A stretch of DNA of 64,000 bases from Chloroflexota bacterium. GTDB lineage: Bacteria > Chloroflexota > Limnocylindria > Limnocylindrales > CSP1-4. Positions 27,114-37,173 of the stretch are shown one piece after another; position 1 is the stretch's first letter; every line of letters starts with the position of its first letter. The notes under the pieces are model-generated. The model searched no databases, was not told the DNA's origin, and was given only the letters and a program-made list of their open reading frames with translations. The translations under genes were made by a program, and so were the position numbers. Location: positions 715-64,714 of the forward strand of contig JAXLXC010000021.1 in the NCBI GenBank assembly GCA_046328155.1, written 5' to 3'.

Positions 27114-27605
27114 TCATGGCGCGTTCGGCGTGCGCAGCGCTGGCGCGTGGTCGGCACGCATCGCGATCTCGTCGGGCGTGAACTCGACCAGCACGTGCTG
27201 CATCCCGGTGCGGGCGCCCATGAGCAGCCGCAGCAGCCAGGAGCCCTCCTGCTCCATCAGGAACACGTCACGCGGCTGCTGCTGGTCGACATAGCCGCCC
27301 AGGACCCGCAGCGCACGCTCGTACGGCCCCGCGACGGCGGGCACCCCGTCGAGGTGCGTGCCACGCCGGAGCCGCGACTCCTCGATGAACCGGGCCACGT
27401 CCTCGTCGAGGAAGGTGTAGGTCTCCTTCTCCACACGCTCGGAGGGATGGCGCTCGTCGGGGACCAGGGCGAGCCCCTGGACCACGAAGCCATCGGGCGC
27501 CTCGAGGATGAGCACCCCGCGCATGCCCCGCTGGTCGATGAAGCCACCCAGCGAGCGGAAGACCTCCTCGTAGTCCTGGCGCGGCCGGCCCTCGTAGATG
27601 CGCAC
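27114..27605 (-). CDS. Hypothetical cytoplasmic protein made of two tandem homologous domains
   Basis: 'YEEVFRSLGGFIDQRGMRGVLILEAPDGFVV' versus 'YERALRVLGGYVDQQQPRDVFLMEQEGSWLL'. No family recognised. Confidence 0.6.
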   Translation of the reverse strand: MRIYEGRPRQDYEEVFRSLGGFIDQRGMRGVLILEAPDGFVVQGLALVPDERHPSERVEKETYTFLDEDVARFIEESRLRRGTHLDGVPAVAGPYERALRVLGGYVDQQQPRDVFLMEQEGSWLLRLLMGARTGMQHVLVEFTPDEIAMRADHAPALRTPNAP

Positions 27606-27630
27606 GGATCACACCCCCATGGACGACGGC

Positions 27631-28596
27631 CTAGGAGCCGGTGGTCTGGTCGAAGGCGCCCCGCTCGCGCGCCCGGTGCTCGCTCCATCGGTAGCACACG
27701 ACGGCCACGAGTGTAGAGACGGCCGTGGTCACCAGCAAGGCTCCCAGGACCCATGCGGTGTCAGGTGCCACCATCCCCGTCAGGTCCGACCAGACCGAGC
27801 CCGCGCCACCCACGCTGGTGGCGGCGTCCGGGACCAGCGCCCGTCGGACGCCCTCGATCCACCACGTGAGCGGCACCAGGAGGCCGATGACCTGGGCCGC
27901 CGCGGGGAGCACCACGAGCGGGAACACCGCGCCGACCACCAGGAACAGCGCCCCCGCCACGGCCTCCGGGTAGTTCCAGGAGTCCTGCCGGGTCTGCATC
28001 ACGATGGCCGCCATGGTGGCGCCCAGCGCGATGACCGCGACCAGCCCCAGCACCATCGCCAGGACCAGGTACGGCCAGTCCACGCGCGCCAGGTCGATGG
28101 GCGAGCCCACCAGCACCAGCGCCACCACGAGCGTGATGACCGCGCCCATGCCTGCGACCAGGATTCGCGCCGTGCCCCGACCCAGCAGGACCACCGGCAG
28201 CGCACCCGGCAGCACGTACAGGTAGCGCAGCATCCGATAGCGCTCGCGGTCGTCGAGGATGGACCAGGAGAGGCCCGCGATGCCCCCGATCACGAAGGCC
28301 CACAGCGAGCTGCCCACGATGACGAACGCCAGCTGCGCCTGGTCGGCTGCGCCACCCGACACGATCTGGAGCATGACCACGAGCATCAGCACCGAGGCGA
28401 TGGGCTTGGCCACGGAGTAGATGAGGAACAGCAGCGGGTCGGCCCAGTTCGATTCGATGGCCCAGCCCAGGCGGACGGCGGTCCGCCAGGTGTCGAGCCG
28501 CTCGCGCCAGGTCCCCGCAGCGTCGCGGTACGGGGTCGCGCCGCTGCCGGCCAGGCGGGTCATGGGGTCGCCGGGATGGGGCAGGGTCCGGGCCAT
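27631..28596 (-). CDS. ABC-2 type transporter permease
   Basis: 321 aa with about 6 TM helices. Follows a second permease and the ATPase. Confidence 0.75.
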   Translation of the reverse strand: MARTLPHPGDPMTRLAGSGATPYRDAAGTWRERLDTWRTAVRLGWAIESNWADPLLFLIYSVAKPIASVLMLVVMLQIVSGGAADQAQLAFVIVGSSLWAFVIGGIAGLSWSILDDRERYRMLRYLYVLPGALPVVLLGRGTARILVAGMGAVITLVVALVLVGSPIDLARVDWPYLVLAMVLGLVAVIALGATMAAIVMQTRQDSWNYPEAVAGALFLVVGAVFPLVVLPAAAQVIGLLVPLTWWIEGVRRALVPDAATSVGGAGSVWSDLTGMVAPDTAWVLGALLVTTAVSTLVAVVCYRWSEHRARERGAFDQTTGS

Positions 28597-28599
28597 CGG

Positions 28600-29505
28600 T
28601 CAGCCTCCCCGCATCGTCAGACGGCCCTCGTGGCGGGCCATCCACTCGAGCTTCCGGAGCGCGATGCGCGCGGCCACCATCGAGACCACCGTCATGACCA
28701 CGAGAATCAGCGCCTCCACCGCGGGGTCCGGCGTGCCGGCATGGGCGGTGCTGTCCGAGAACACCAGCTGGCGCATGGCATCGAGACCCACGGCCAGCGG
28801 GATGAACGCGATGGCCAGCAGCCCCAGCATGCCCAGCCGCCCGACCGGGAAGTTGAGGCCCGACACGAAGTAGACCGGCTCCTGGAGCGCCTGGGTGAGG
28901 TGGTGGGCCTCCCGCCCGAACAGCAGGAACAGGCTCGCCAGCACCATGCCCAGGCCATACAGCGCGGCGAGCGTCAGTGCGAACACCGCGATGAGCAGCC
29001 CCCACTGGTCCACCGAGAACCGCACGTCATAGACGATGGCGCCCGCGAGGAGGACCACCGCGGCCCGCTGGATGGTCGCCACGAACCCCCCGATGGCCAT
29101 GCCGAACAGGACGCTCATCAGGCTCACGGGCGACGTGAAGTAGATGTCCAGGTTGCCCTGGTCCTTCTCCCAGTAGAGCTGCGCGGCCATCATCCAGATG
29201 ACGTTGAGCCAGAACGCGGTCATCGCGCCACCCAGGACCGCGAACCCCACGTACTCCGGGGGTGCCTGGAGCGCCCGGTACACGAACACGAACGCCGAGG
29301 TGGTGAGGAACGGGATGAGCACCTCGAACAGGACCCACGACGGCTCCCGGAGCAGGCCGATGACCCGGGGGTAGGCACGACCGCTGACGCCTCGCAGGTT
29401 GGTGGCCAGCTGGCGGCGGCCCGACCACGTGGCGGCGGTGACCGGGTCGGGGTCGGAGCGCATGGGCGGCGGCAGGCGGCCCGGGGTCACCTGGGTGGCC
29501 GTCAT
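28600..29505 (-). CDS. ABC-2 type transporter permease
   Basis: The ATG at 29505 overlaps the ATPase stop (ATGA). 'AYPRVIGLLREPSWVLFEVLIPFLTTSAFVFVYRAL' and multiple TM helices. Confidence 0.75.
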   Translation of the reverse strand: MTATQVTPGRLPPPMRSDPDPVTAATWSGRRQLATNLRGVSGRAYPRVIGLLREPSWVLFEVLIPFLTTSAFVFVYRALQAPPEYVGFAVLGGAMTAFWLNVIWMMAAQLYWEKDQGNLDIYFTSPVSLMSVLFGMAIGGFVATIQRAAVVLLAGAIVYDVRFSVDQWGLLIAVFALTLAALYGLGMVLASLFLLFGREAHHLTQALQEPVYFVSGLNFPVGRLGMLGLLAIAFIPLAVGLDAMRQLVFSDSTAHAGTPDPAVEALILVVMTVVSMVAARIALRKLEWMARHEGRLTMRGG

Positions 29506-30596
29506 CGGTCGTCCCCGTCCGCCTGCCCCTCGGCGGAGAAGCCGCGACCGACCAGCTCGACGAACACGTCCTCGAGCGTGGGCTCGCGCTTCTGGAGCGA
29601 CACGAGGTGCGCGTCCTGCGCAGCCAGCGCGGTGATGACCTGGCCCAGCGCCGCATCGTCGTCCAGCTGGAGGTCGACGACCACCGTCTGGCGGTCCGCG
29701 GGCGCCTCCTCGGCGCCCGCGATGGCGGCGCTCCGGACGCCGGGCAGGAGCCCCAGCGAGGACCCGGCATCGTCGAGCCGGTCGAGCTCCAGTCGGAAGA
29801 TCGAGCCGCCCTGGACCCGATGCTTGAGCTCGTCGGGCGTGCCGATCGCGAGGATCCGGCCCCGGTCCACGATGGCGAGGCGCTCGCACAGCTCGTCCAC
29901 CTCGGCCATGTAGTGGCTGGTGAGGAGGATGGTGCGGCCGGGCACGGCGGCCCGCCACTCCCGGACCAGCTCCCGGACGATGCGCGCGGCCGACACGTCC
30001 AGGCCCAGCGTGGGCTCGTCCAGGAACAGGATCCACGGATCGTTGATGAGGGCCCGCGCGAGGTTGAGCTTCTGGCGCTGGCCCGTGGACAGCGCGGAGA
30101 TCTTCTGGTGTCGCTGCTCGGTGAGCCCGACCGCCTCGATGAGCTCGTCGACGCGTCGCCACCCCTCGCGCACCGGCACGCCATAGAACTGGCTGAACAT
30201 CCAGAGCTGCTCGCGCACCTGGAGCAGGCCATAGCCCGACTGCTCGCCACCCGACACGATGTTCATGATCCGGCGGACCTGGGTCGTCTGGGTCGCCACG
30301 TCGAACCCGAACACATGTGCGCTGCCCTCGGTGGGCAGCAGCAGCGTGGTCAGGATCTTGATGAGCGTGGTCTTGCCCGCGCCGTTGGGGCCGAGCAGGC
30401 CGAACAGCTCGCCCGGCGCCACCTCGAGGTCGATGCCATCGAGCGCGACCACGGGTTGCGGCTTCGCCTTGTAGACGCGCCGGACGCCCCGGACGTCGAT
30501 GGCCGGGGGCGTGGTGACGGGCGAGGGCGGGACAGGGGCGGACACGGATGCTCCGGACTGGTCGGGGCGAGGGCGGGCTCGGGCGGGGTGTACCAC
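29502..30596 (-). CDS. ABC transporter ATP-binding protein (DrrA/ABC-2 exporter type)
   Basis: Walker A 'GPNGAGKTT', signature 'LSTGQRQKL', Walker B 'ILFLDEPT'. Confidence 0.9.
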   Translation of the reverse strand: MVHPARARPRPDQSGASVSAPVPPSPVTTPPAIDVRGVRRVYKAKPQPVVALDGIDLEVAPGELFGLLGPNGAGKTTLIKILTTLLLPTEGSAHVFGFDVATQTTQVRRIMNIVSGGEQSGYGLLQVREQLWMFSQFYGVPVREGWRRVDELIEAVGLTEQRHQKISALSTGQRQKLNLARALINDPWILFLDEPTLGLDVSAARIVRELVREWRAAVPGRTILLTSHYMAEVDELCERLAIVDRGRILAIGTPDELKHRVQGGSIFRLELDRLDDAGSSLGLLPGVRSAAIAGAEEAPADRQTVVVDLQLDDDAALGQVITALAAQDAHLVSLQKREPTLEDVFVELVGRGFSAEGQADGDDR

Positions 30597-30634
30597 GTCC
30601 CTCGCGGGGTCACCCGCAGGGTAGCACCGCGGTA

Positions 30635-30652
30635 GCCCCGGGAGCCCGGGGC
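30635..30652 (-). terminator. GC-rich palindrome / short hairpin between the beta-helix membrane gene and the ABC ATPase gene
   Basis: gccccgggagcccggggc. 7-bp stem with a 4-nt loop. Confidence 0.25.
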
Positions 30653-30728
30653 CGCCCCGGTCCGGCGGTCGTGGCGCTCACCCCATGATCGAGCGCAGTC
30701 CGGAGGCGACAGCTGCCCAGCGAGGGCC

Positions 30729-31673
30729 TCAGGCCGGCATCGCCCGCTGCTGGGCGCCTGCCATGCCGACCGGGCGGTCGCCCCGCCAGGTGTGCCACAG
30801 GCTGAGCAGCACCGCGCCGGTGCCCACGATGGAGATGACTGCGGAGACCAACGGCAGCAGGCCCAGCACCAGGCACGCGAGCAGCCCGACGAACGCCGCC
30901 AGATGCGGTCGGCCGGTCGGGTGGTAGCCGGCGCGATGCCCCAGCAGCCAGTCGCCGATGCGGATCGCGGCCACCAGGTAGCCCACGAACGCCAGCGCCG
31001 GCCACGCGACCAGCAGGATGGCGAGCCCAGTGGGGATGCCGATGACGGTGGCCATCGCCAGGACCGCGACGATGGGGATGATCACCAGCGAGAGCACGCC
31101 CATCAGGATGGACATGCCGAAGTCGACGCCCATCGCCCAGGCGGCAGTCCGCAGCTGGCGGCCTGCCAGCGACGCCAGGACCATGGCCCCGACCAGCGCG
31201 GCGAGACCGACGCCCACCCATGCCAGGATGGCCATCACGCCCAGGAACGCGCCCAGCGTCGCGAGACCACCAGCGAGGTCGATCCGCTGGCCGCCGATGC
31301 TGACGCCCCCGTCCTCCACCACGGAGCTGCCCACCTGCGCGACGTCACCCACCACCGTGGTGCCCGGTGCGAGATTGGCCGTTCCTCCGACGAGCACGAT
31401 GGTGCCGATGGTCGCTTCGCTGGAGGTCGTGACCGTCCCTGAGACCATCACGACGGCGTTGACCGTGCCGCCGACGCGTGCGTCGCCGCCCATGACCACC
31501 AGCGCGTCGGCTTGGTCGCCGGCAGGCACGTCGATGTCGCCGCCCGCGACGATGAGCACCCGCCCGGTCCGCGGCAGGTCGCCGGGCTTCTCGACAGGGC
31601 TGGCCGCCAGCGATGGTGCGGCCACGCCGATGACGAGCACCAGGAGCACCATCAGGAACCAAGGTCGCTGCAC
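30729..31673 (-). CDS. Membrane protein: signal peptide, bactofilin-like (polymer-forming cytoskeletal-type) beta-helix repeats, then a polytopic C-terminal domain
   Basis: 'VLIVAGGDIDVPAGDQADALVVMGGDARVGGTVNAVVMVSGTV...IVLVGGTANLAPGTTVVGDV', followed by about 5 hydrophobic helices. Confidence 0.55.
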   Translation of the reverse strand: MQRPWFLMVLLVLVIGVAAPSLAASPVEKPGDLPRTGRVLIVAGGDIDVPAGDQADALVVMGGDARVGGTVNAVVMVSGTVTTSSEATIGTIVLVGGTANLAPGTTVVGDVAQVGSSVVEDGGVSIGGQRIDLAGGLATLGAFLGVMAILAWVGVGLAALVGAMVLASLAGRQLRTAAWAMGVDFGMSILMGVLSLVIIPIVAVLAMATVIGIPTGLAILLVAWPALAFVGYLVAAIRIGDWLLGHRAGYHPTGRPHLAAFVGLLACLVLGLLPLVSAVISIVGTGAVLLSLWHTWRGDRPVGMAGAQQRAMPA

Positions 31674-31920
31674 GGCAGCCTCCTTCGGACATACGACCCA
31701 ATCGTCCGGAGGATGGGTCGCGTTCGCGGTCCCTGGGGAGTGCCAAGCGTCGAGATCGTGCCGAGCCGTTCGGCATGCTCCTGACGCCGGCTCAGCGACC
31801 GTAGGCCTGGCTGTGATTCAGCGCGACAAACCCACGACCTGGGCGAGTCGACGACGGGCTCCTGAGCGGCTGACCCGAGGAACCGCCGGGGGCCGGCAGC
31901 GCGTGGCCACTTGATCACCC

Positions 31921-32135
31921 GGTGAGCGTTGCGACCGTCGAGCGGCGCCGGATGCACGGACGGCGCGCCGTCAGGCCCTGACCCGGCTCCTCGTGACGCG
32001 CCTCAGGTTCCACGGGCACGTGTAGGCGGACGATCCGACCACCGCAAGCACGATCGACCGACGAGAGCGTGTCGTCGTCCGCTGGTGGCATCCTCGGGGC
32101 TCGTCCCGGTCGGTCCGCCGGTCGCAACGCTCACC
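31921..32135. repeat. 17-bp perfect inverted repeat pair enclosing 181 bp (MITE-like element or long stem-loop)
   Basis: ggtgagcgttgcgaccg at 31921-31937 and its exact reverse complement cggtcgcaacgctcacc at 32119-32135. Both arms are flanked by ccc plus tgatc. Lies in a 514-bp gene-free interval. Confidence 0.8.
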
Positions 32136-32186
32136 CCCTGATCGATCGCCCGCCGTCTGTGACGCCGGCGGCCAGCACGGGGCAGC

Positions 32187-33440
32187 TCATCCACCAGGTC
32201 GGCTGCGGCGCCAGACGTCGACTCGCTCCCGGACGCCGTCGGAATCCGCCACACGGTCGAAGGGCGCGCCCGAGAAGTCCTCGTCCACCCACCAGAAGCG
32301 ATACGGCGCATTTCCGCCGGACTGCACGGAGAAGCCAATCCAGCGTCCTGAGGCCGGGTCCCTGGCGATGAACCTGCCGGCGTGCTTCCCCACCAGGTTG
32401 AGCACGTCGCCAAAGCGCGGCTCGGCATCATCCGGCAGCAGGGTGTAGTCGTCCTTCAGGACCTTGGCGATGGGCTCGGTGGAGCGGTCGTAGCCGCCGT
32501 TGCGGAGCTCAGCCTGATAGAGCTGCCGTGCCGGCCCGAAGCACACGTCGTTGTCCCCGTCCAAGGGGAACGTACCGACCTTGTCGGCAAGCCAGCCGCC
32601 CAGCAGCTCCTGAAGCTCGACCCAGGCACCCTCCGGGTGCTCCGTCAGCAGGTCATCGACACCCGCCTCGACGCTCACAGGGTCGAAACCCACGAGGGCG
32701 TGCGCGATGTCCGCCCGGTTCGATGGGGTCACCTGGACCTCGACCGTGAGGATGTCGAAGTGGCCCGGCTTTGCCATCGGCTGCCCGCTGGCCCGAGCCT
32801 CGGTCACCCGCAGGGGGATCGAGGACGGCCACGGCGTGTCGTCCCTGGAGGGCAGCGCGGACTCGAACCGCTCCGTGCAGGGCGTGTAGCCACTCGCGTC
32901 GGGCAGGCAGGCATCCTTGACGTAGTCCTCCACCAGGTACAGCCGGTCGCCCTGCATCACGGTGGCGCCGAACGTCCAGCCCGCCTCCGCCATCGGATAG
33001 CGGACCTCGATGCGGTCAGGGACGCCATCAGTCGGGGCGAAGTCCACGGTCTCCAGCGTCACCTCGGGCGGGAGGCGCCCATCGGCGAGGTAGGCGTCCC
33101 ACCGGCTCCGGTCGACCTTCTCGAAGGTCACCTCGCGCTGGTCGGCGTACCAGCCCAGGAACTCGTGGGCGGTGAGGGGTCGGACGTCCATGCCCTGCGC
33201 CGCGACCGAGGCGTTGGCCCGGTCCACCATCGCGCCCAGGTCGTTGCCGTCCGACGTGTCGAGGCTGGGGCCGGCGGCACCGCTCGCGGCCGGCGCCACG
33301 CTCGATTCCGATGGCTCGGCGGCCACCGTGGTCCCGGCGATGACGGCCATCAGGAGGAGGCTGCTCAGGGCGGCCGCACACTGGCGTGCGGACAGACGAT
33401 GGTCGACGGCATGCGTTCGCAACTGAGATACCTCGTGCAT
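32187..33440 (-). CDS. Hypothetical secreted protein
   Basis: N-terminal hydrophobic segment 'AAALSSLLLMAVIAGTTVAAEP'. No family recognised. Confidence 0.5.
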   Translation of the reverse strand: MHEVSQLRTHAVDHRLSARQCAAALSSLLLMAVIAGTTVAAEPSESSVAPAASGAAGPSLDTSDGNDLGAMVDRANASVAAQGMDVRPLTAHEFLGWYADQREVTFEKVDRSRWDAYLADGRLPPEVTLETVDFAPTDGVPDRIEVRYPMAEAGWTFGATVMQGDRLYLVEDYVKDACLPDASGYTPCTERFESALPSRDDTPWPSSIPLRVTEARASGQPMAKPGHFDILTVEVQVTPSNRADIAHALVGFDPVSVEAGVDDLLTEHPEGAWVELQELLGGWLADKVGTFPLDGDNDVCFGPARQLYQAELRNGGYDRSTEPIAKVLKDDYTLLPDDAEPRFGDVLNLVGKHAGRFIARDPASGRWIGFSVQSGGNAPYRFWWVDEDFSGAPFDRVADSDGVRERVDVWRRSRPGG

Positions 33441-33532
33441 GGCACCAGTGTCGCCATCCCGTCGCGGACGCGCGATCGTGGATTCCCGCAGCGGCCCGGG
33501 CCTCCCAGCTCATCCTTGGTCAGGGTCCCTCG

Positions 33533-36500
33533 TCAGGGCGCCCCGCCCCGCGTCGCGATGCGCTCGACAACGGCCCTGGTGGTCACCCATGCCTCGGCCG
33601 CGCCTCGCGGCAGCTTGATGCGGACCTGGTTGGAGGCGGCGACCACACCCCCGATGGGCACCCCAGGCAGCCGGTCACCCGGGCCGGCCGGGGCCAGCGC
33701 CCGCAGGACACCACTCCGCGACCAGCCCTCGGGGAAGCGGACGACCAGCTGGCCATCCTCGCGGGACAGCGACGCGATCCCCGCCGCTTCCGCGGTGAAC
33801 CGGAGGCGCGCCACCTCCAGCAGCCGCTCGACCGGCGCGGGCAGCGGGCCGAAGCGGTCCTCCAGCTCGCCCCGCACGGACGTCAGCTCGGGCTCGGTGG
33901 CCACCCGGCCTAGGCGTCGATAGAGCTCCAGCTTGGCCGGCTCGTCGGGGACGTAGTCGTCCGGCAGGAAGGCGTCGACCGGCAGGTCGATGACCGTCTG
34001 CATCCGGGCGACCCTGGCGGGTCGATGCTCGAACGCCGCCTTCTCCTCCTCGACCGCCTCGGCCAGCATCCGGGTGTACAGGTCGAAGCCGACCGCGCTC
34101 ATGTGGCCATGCTGCTCGGCGCCCAGGATCTCGCCGGCACCCCGGATCTCGAGGTCCGCGAGCGCGATCTGGAACCCGGCACCCAGCTCCGACGCATTGA
34201 ACACCGCCTGGAGCCGCCGGCGCGCGACGTCGGACAGGCGCTCCCGCCGCCGATACAGCAGATAGGCGTACGCCCGACGCGATGACCGCCCCACGCGGCC
34301 CCGGAGCTGGTAGAGCTGCGCCAGACCCAGCGCGTCCGCGCGGTCGATGATGATGGTGTTGGCGTTGGGGATGTCGAGCCCCGACTCGATGATCGTCGTG
34401 CACACGAGGATGTCGTGGTCGCCCCGGGCGAACGCGATCATGACCCGCTCCAGGACTCCCTCGGGCATCTGGCCGTGACCCACGGCGATGCGAGCGTCGG
34501 GGAGCAGGCGACGCAGCTGCTCTGCCTGGGCCTCGATGGTCTCGACCCGGTTGTGGACGTAGAACGCCTGGCCGCCCCGGTCGAGCTCTCGCAGGAGGGC
34601 GTCCCGCACCAGACCGGCCGAGGCCTCGGCGACCCGGGTCTGGATGGGCAGCCGGTCCTCGGGCGGGGTCTCGATGACGCTCATGTCCCGGACGCCAACG
34701 AGCGCCATGTTGAGCGTCCGCGGGATGGGCGTCGCGGACAGCGTCAGGACATGCACCTCGGTGCGGAGCTGCTTGAGCCGCTCCTTGTGGGCGACGCCGA
34801 AGCGCTGCTCCTCGTCCACGACGAGCAGGCCCAGGTCCCGGAACCGGATGTCCTTGCTGAGCAGCCGGTGGGTGCCCACCACGATGTCCACGGAGCCGGC
34901 CGCGATGCCATCCGTGGTGGCCTTCTGCTCCGCGACCGGCACGAAGCGGCTGAGCATGCGCACGGACATCGGATAGGCGGCGAAGCGCGCCTGGAGCGTC
35001 GTGAGATGCTGGGCCGCGAGGACCGTCGTGGGCACGAGCAGCGCGACCTGCATGCCCTCCTGGACCGCCTTGAACGCCGCCCGGATGGCGACCTCCGTCT
35101 TGCCATACCCCACGTCGCCCACCACGATGCGATCCATGGGCGTGGGCCGCTCGAGGTCCGCCTTGACCTCGAGGATGGCGCGCAGCTGGTCGGCGGTCTC
35201 CTGGTACGGGAAGGCGGCCTCCATCTCGGCCTGCCAGGGCGTGTCGTCGCCCAACGCCCGACCCTGCACGTTGGCACGCGCCGCGTACAGCGCGAGCAGG
35301 TCCTTGGCGAGGTCCCGGACCGCCTTGCGGACCCGCGTCCGGGCACGCTGCCACTCCCCTCCCCCGAGCCGCGACAGCTGTGGGTCCTCGCCACCGGCAT
35401 AGCGGGTGACCCGGGCGATCTGCTCCACGGGCACGAAGATCCGGTCGGTGCCCGAGAAGTGGAGCTCCAGGAAGTCGCGCTGCTCGTCGGCGTCGCCGCC
35501 GGTGGAGCGCCGCACCAGCCCCACATACCGTGCCACCCCGTGGTCGACGTGGACCACCGTGTCGCCTGGTGTCAGCCGCTCCAGCGCGTCCCTGGGCACC
35601 ACGCGGCGGAGGGCGCGCGGCCGACGCACGCGGACGGTCCCGAACAGCTCCCGGTCGGTGACCAGGATGACGCCGTCCGGCCCGCCCTCGAAGCCGCCGT
35701 TGAGGCTCCGCTCGATGAGCGCGGTCCCACCTGCCGGCGGCACCTCGGCCAGGTCGGGATGCGGCGCCACGACGATGTCCGCCTCGCCGAGCAGCTCGGC
35801 GAGACGGGCGGACTGGTCGGAGGCGAGCACCACCCGGACGCCTTCGGCGCGCCAACGCCGGACGGTCTGGCCGATGGAGCCGATGGGCGCGGGTGGCAGG
35901 ACCGGGTCGTGCCAGCCGAAGGGGTTGCCGCCCGGCGGCGCGCCCCCGGCCGCGGGGGGCTCCCAGGTGAGCTCGAGGTACGCGCCTCCAGCAGCGTCCG
36001 CTTCCAGTCGCGCGGCTCGGGGTAGCAGGCGGGCCAGCCCTTGGGCAGCTCGCCGGCCCGCTCCAGCTCCGCACGTCGGTCGTCGGCCTGGGACCACAGC
36101 GCCTGCGCGGTCGCCGCGACGTCCTCCGGTTCGTCCACGAGCCACGCCGCGTCGCCGAGGTGGTCGATCGCGGTGGCCGGCGCCAGCAGTCCCGCCCAGG
36201 TCTCGGCGGCATCGCCCAGCGTGCCCGTCTCCAGCGCGGCGAGGTCCGCGGCCAGACGGTCGGGCAATCGGCCGGCCAGGCGCCCGAGGCTCGCCCGGAG
36301 CTGGTCGCCCGTGGTCGCACCCAGCAGGAACTCACTCGCCGGCAGCATGGTCGCCGCCGGGATCGGGCCGACCCCGCGCTGGTCCGCAGGATCGAACGCG
36401 CGGAGCGATTCCACCTCGTCGCCGAACCACTCGATCCGCACCGGCAGCGGCTGGCCGGCCGGGAACACGTCCACGATCCCACCGCGCCGCGCCATCTCGC

Positions 36501-37173
36501 CGCGCCCGCCCACCTCCGGGACCATCTCGTAGCCCAGGTCCGAGAGGGTGTGCAGCAGCCGGTCCTGGGAGAGGCGCTGCCGGCCACGCACCACCAGCGG
36601 CTGCTCCGGGAGCCCCGTGTGCGGCAGGGTGCGCTGGAACAGCGCCTGGACGCTGGCCACGAGGATTCGCGGCGTGCCGCCCGCCCACGCGGCGAGGGTC
36701 GCCACGCGAGCGGCGCTCTCGTCACGGACCAGCTCGCTGCGCTCCCACGCGAGCGCGGTACGGGGCTCCAGGGTCACGACCGCGGCCGGGTCGCCCAGCC
36801 ATGCGACCAGCTCCTCGGCTACCCGGTCGGCGATCTCCGCGTCGCGGGCGACCCACACCAGACGCCCGCCCGAGGCGAGGGACAGGGCGGCCGCGAGATA
36901 GGACTTGGCGCCATGCGGGATCGCGCCATAGACGACACGACGACGCGAGGTCGCGCGGGTCAGGCCGTCCGCGCCGGCCAGGCGCGCCGCCAGCTCGCGG
37001 ACCTGCTCGGTCTCGGCCAGTCGACGGGCGAGCGGCGACAGGTCCGGCAGCCGATGGCGCCCACGGCCCCCGGCGCCGGCCGGCCTGCGGGTCGCGACCT
37101 GCTCCGCGACCTGGGCGTCGATGCGCCGGTCCCGACCGCGGCGCCCTCGGGCGGGCCTCGCGGGGTCGGTCAT
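33533..37173 (-). CDS. mfd: Transcription-repair coupling factor Mfd; frame interrupted near 35982 (split into ORFs 35572-37509 and 33533-36145)
   Basis: N-terminal UvrB-like part 'GAIPHGAKSYLAAAL'. RID/CarD 'VVHVDHGVARYVG'. Helicase 'MDRIVVGDVGYGKTEVA', 'VVDEEQRFGV', 'QLRGRVGRS'. The span length is not a multiple of 3. The ATG at 37173 overlaps the pth stop. Confidence 0.9.
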
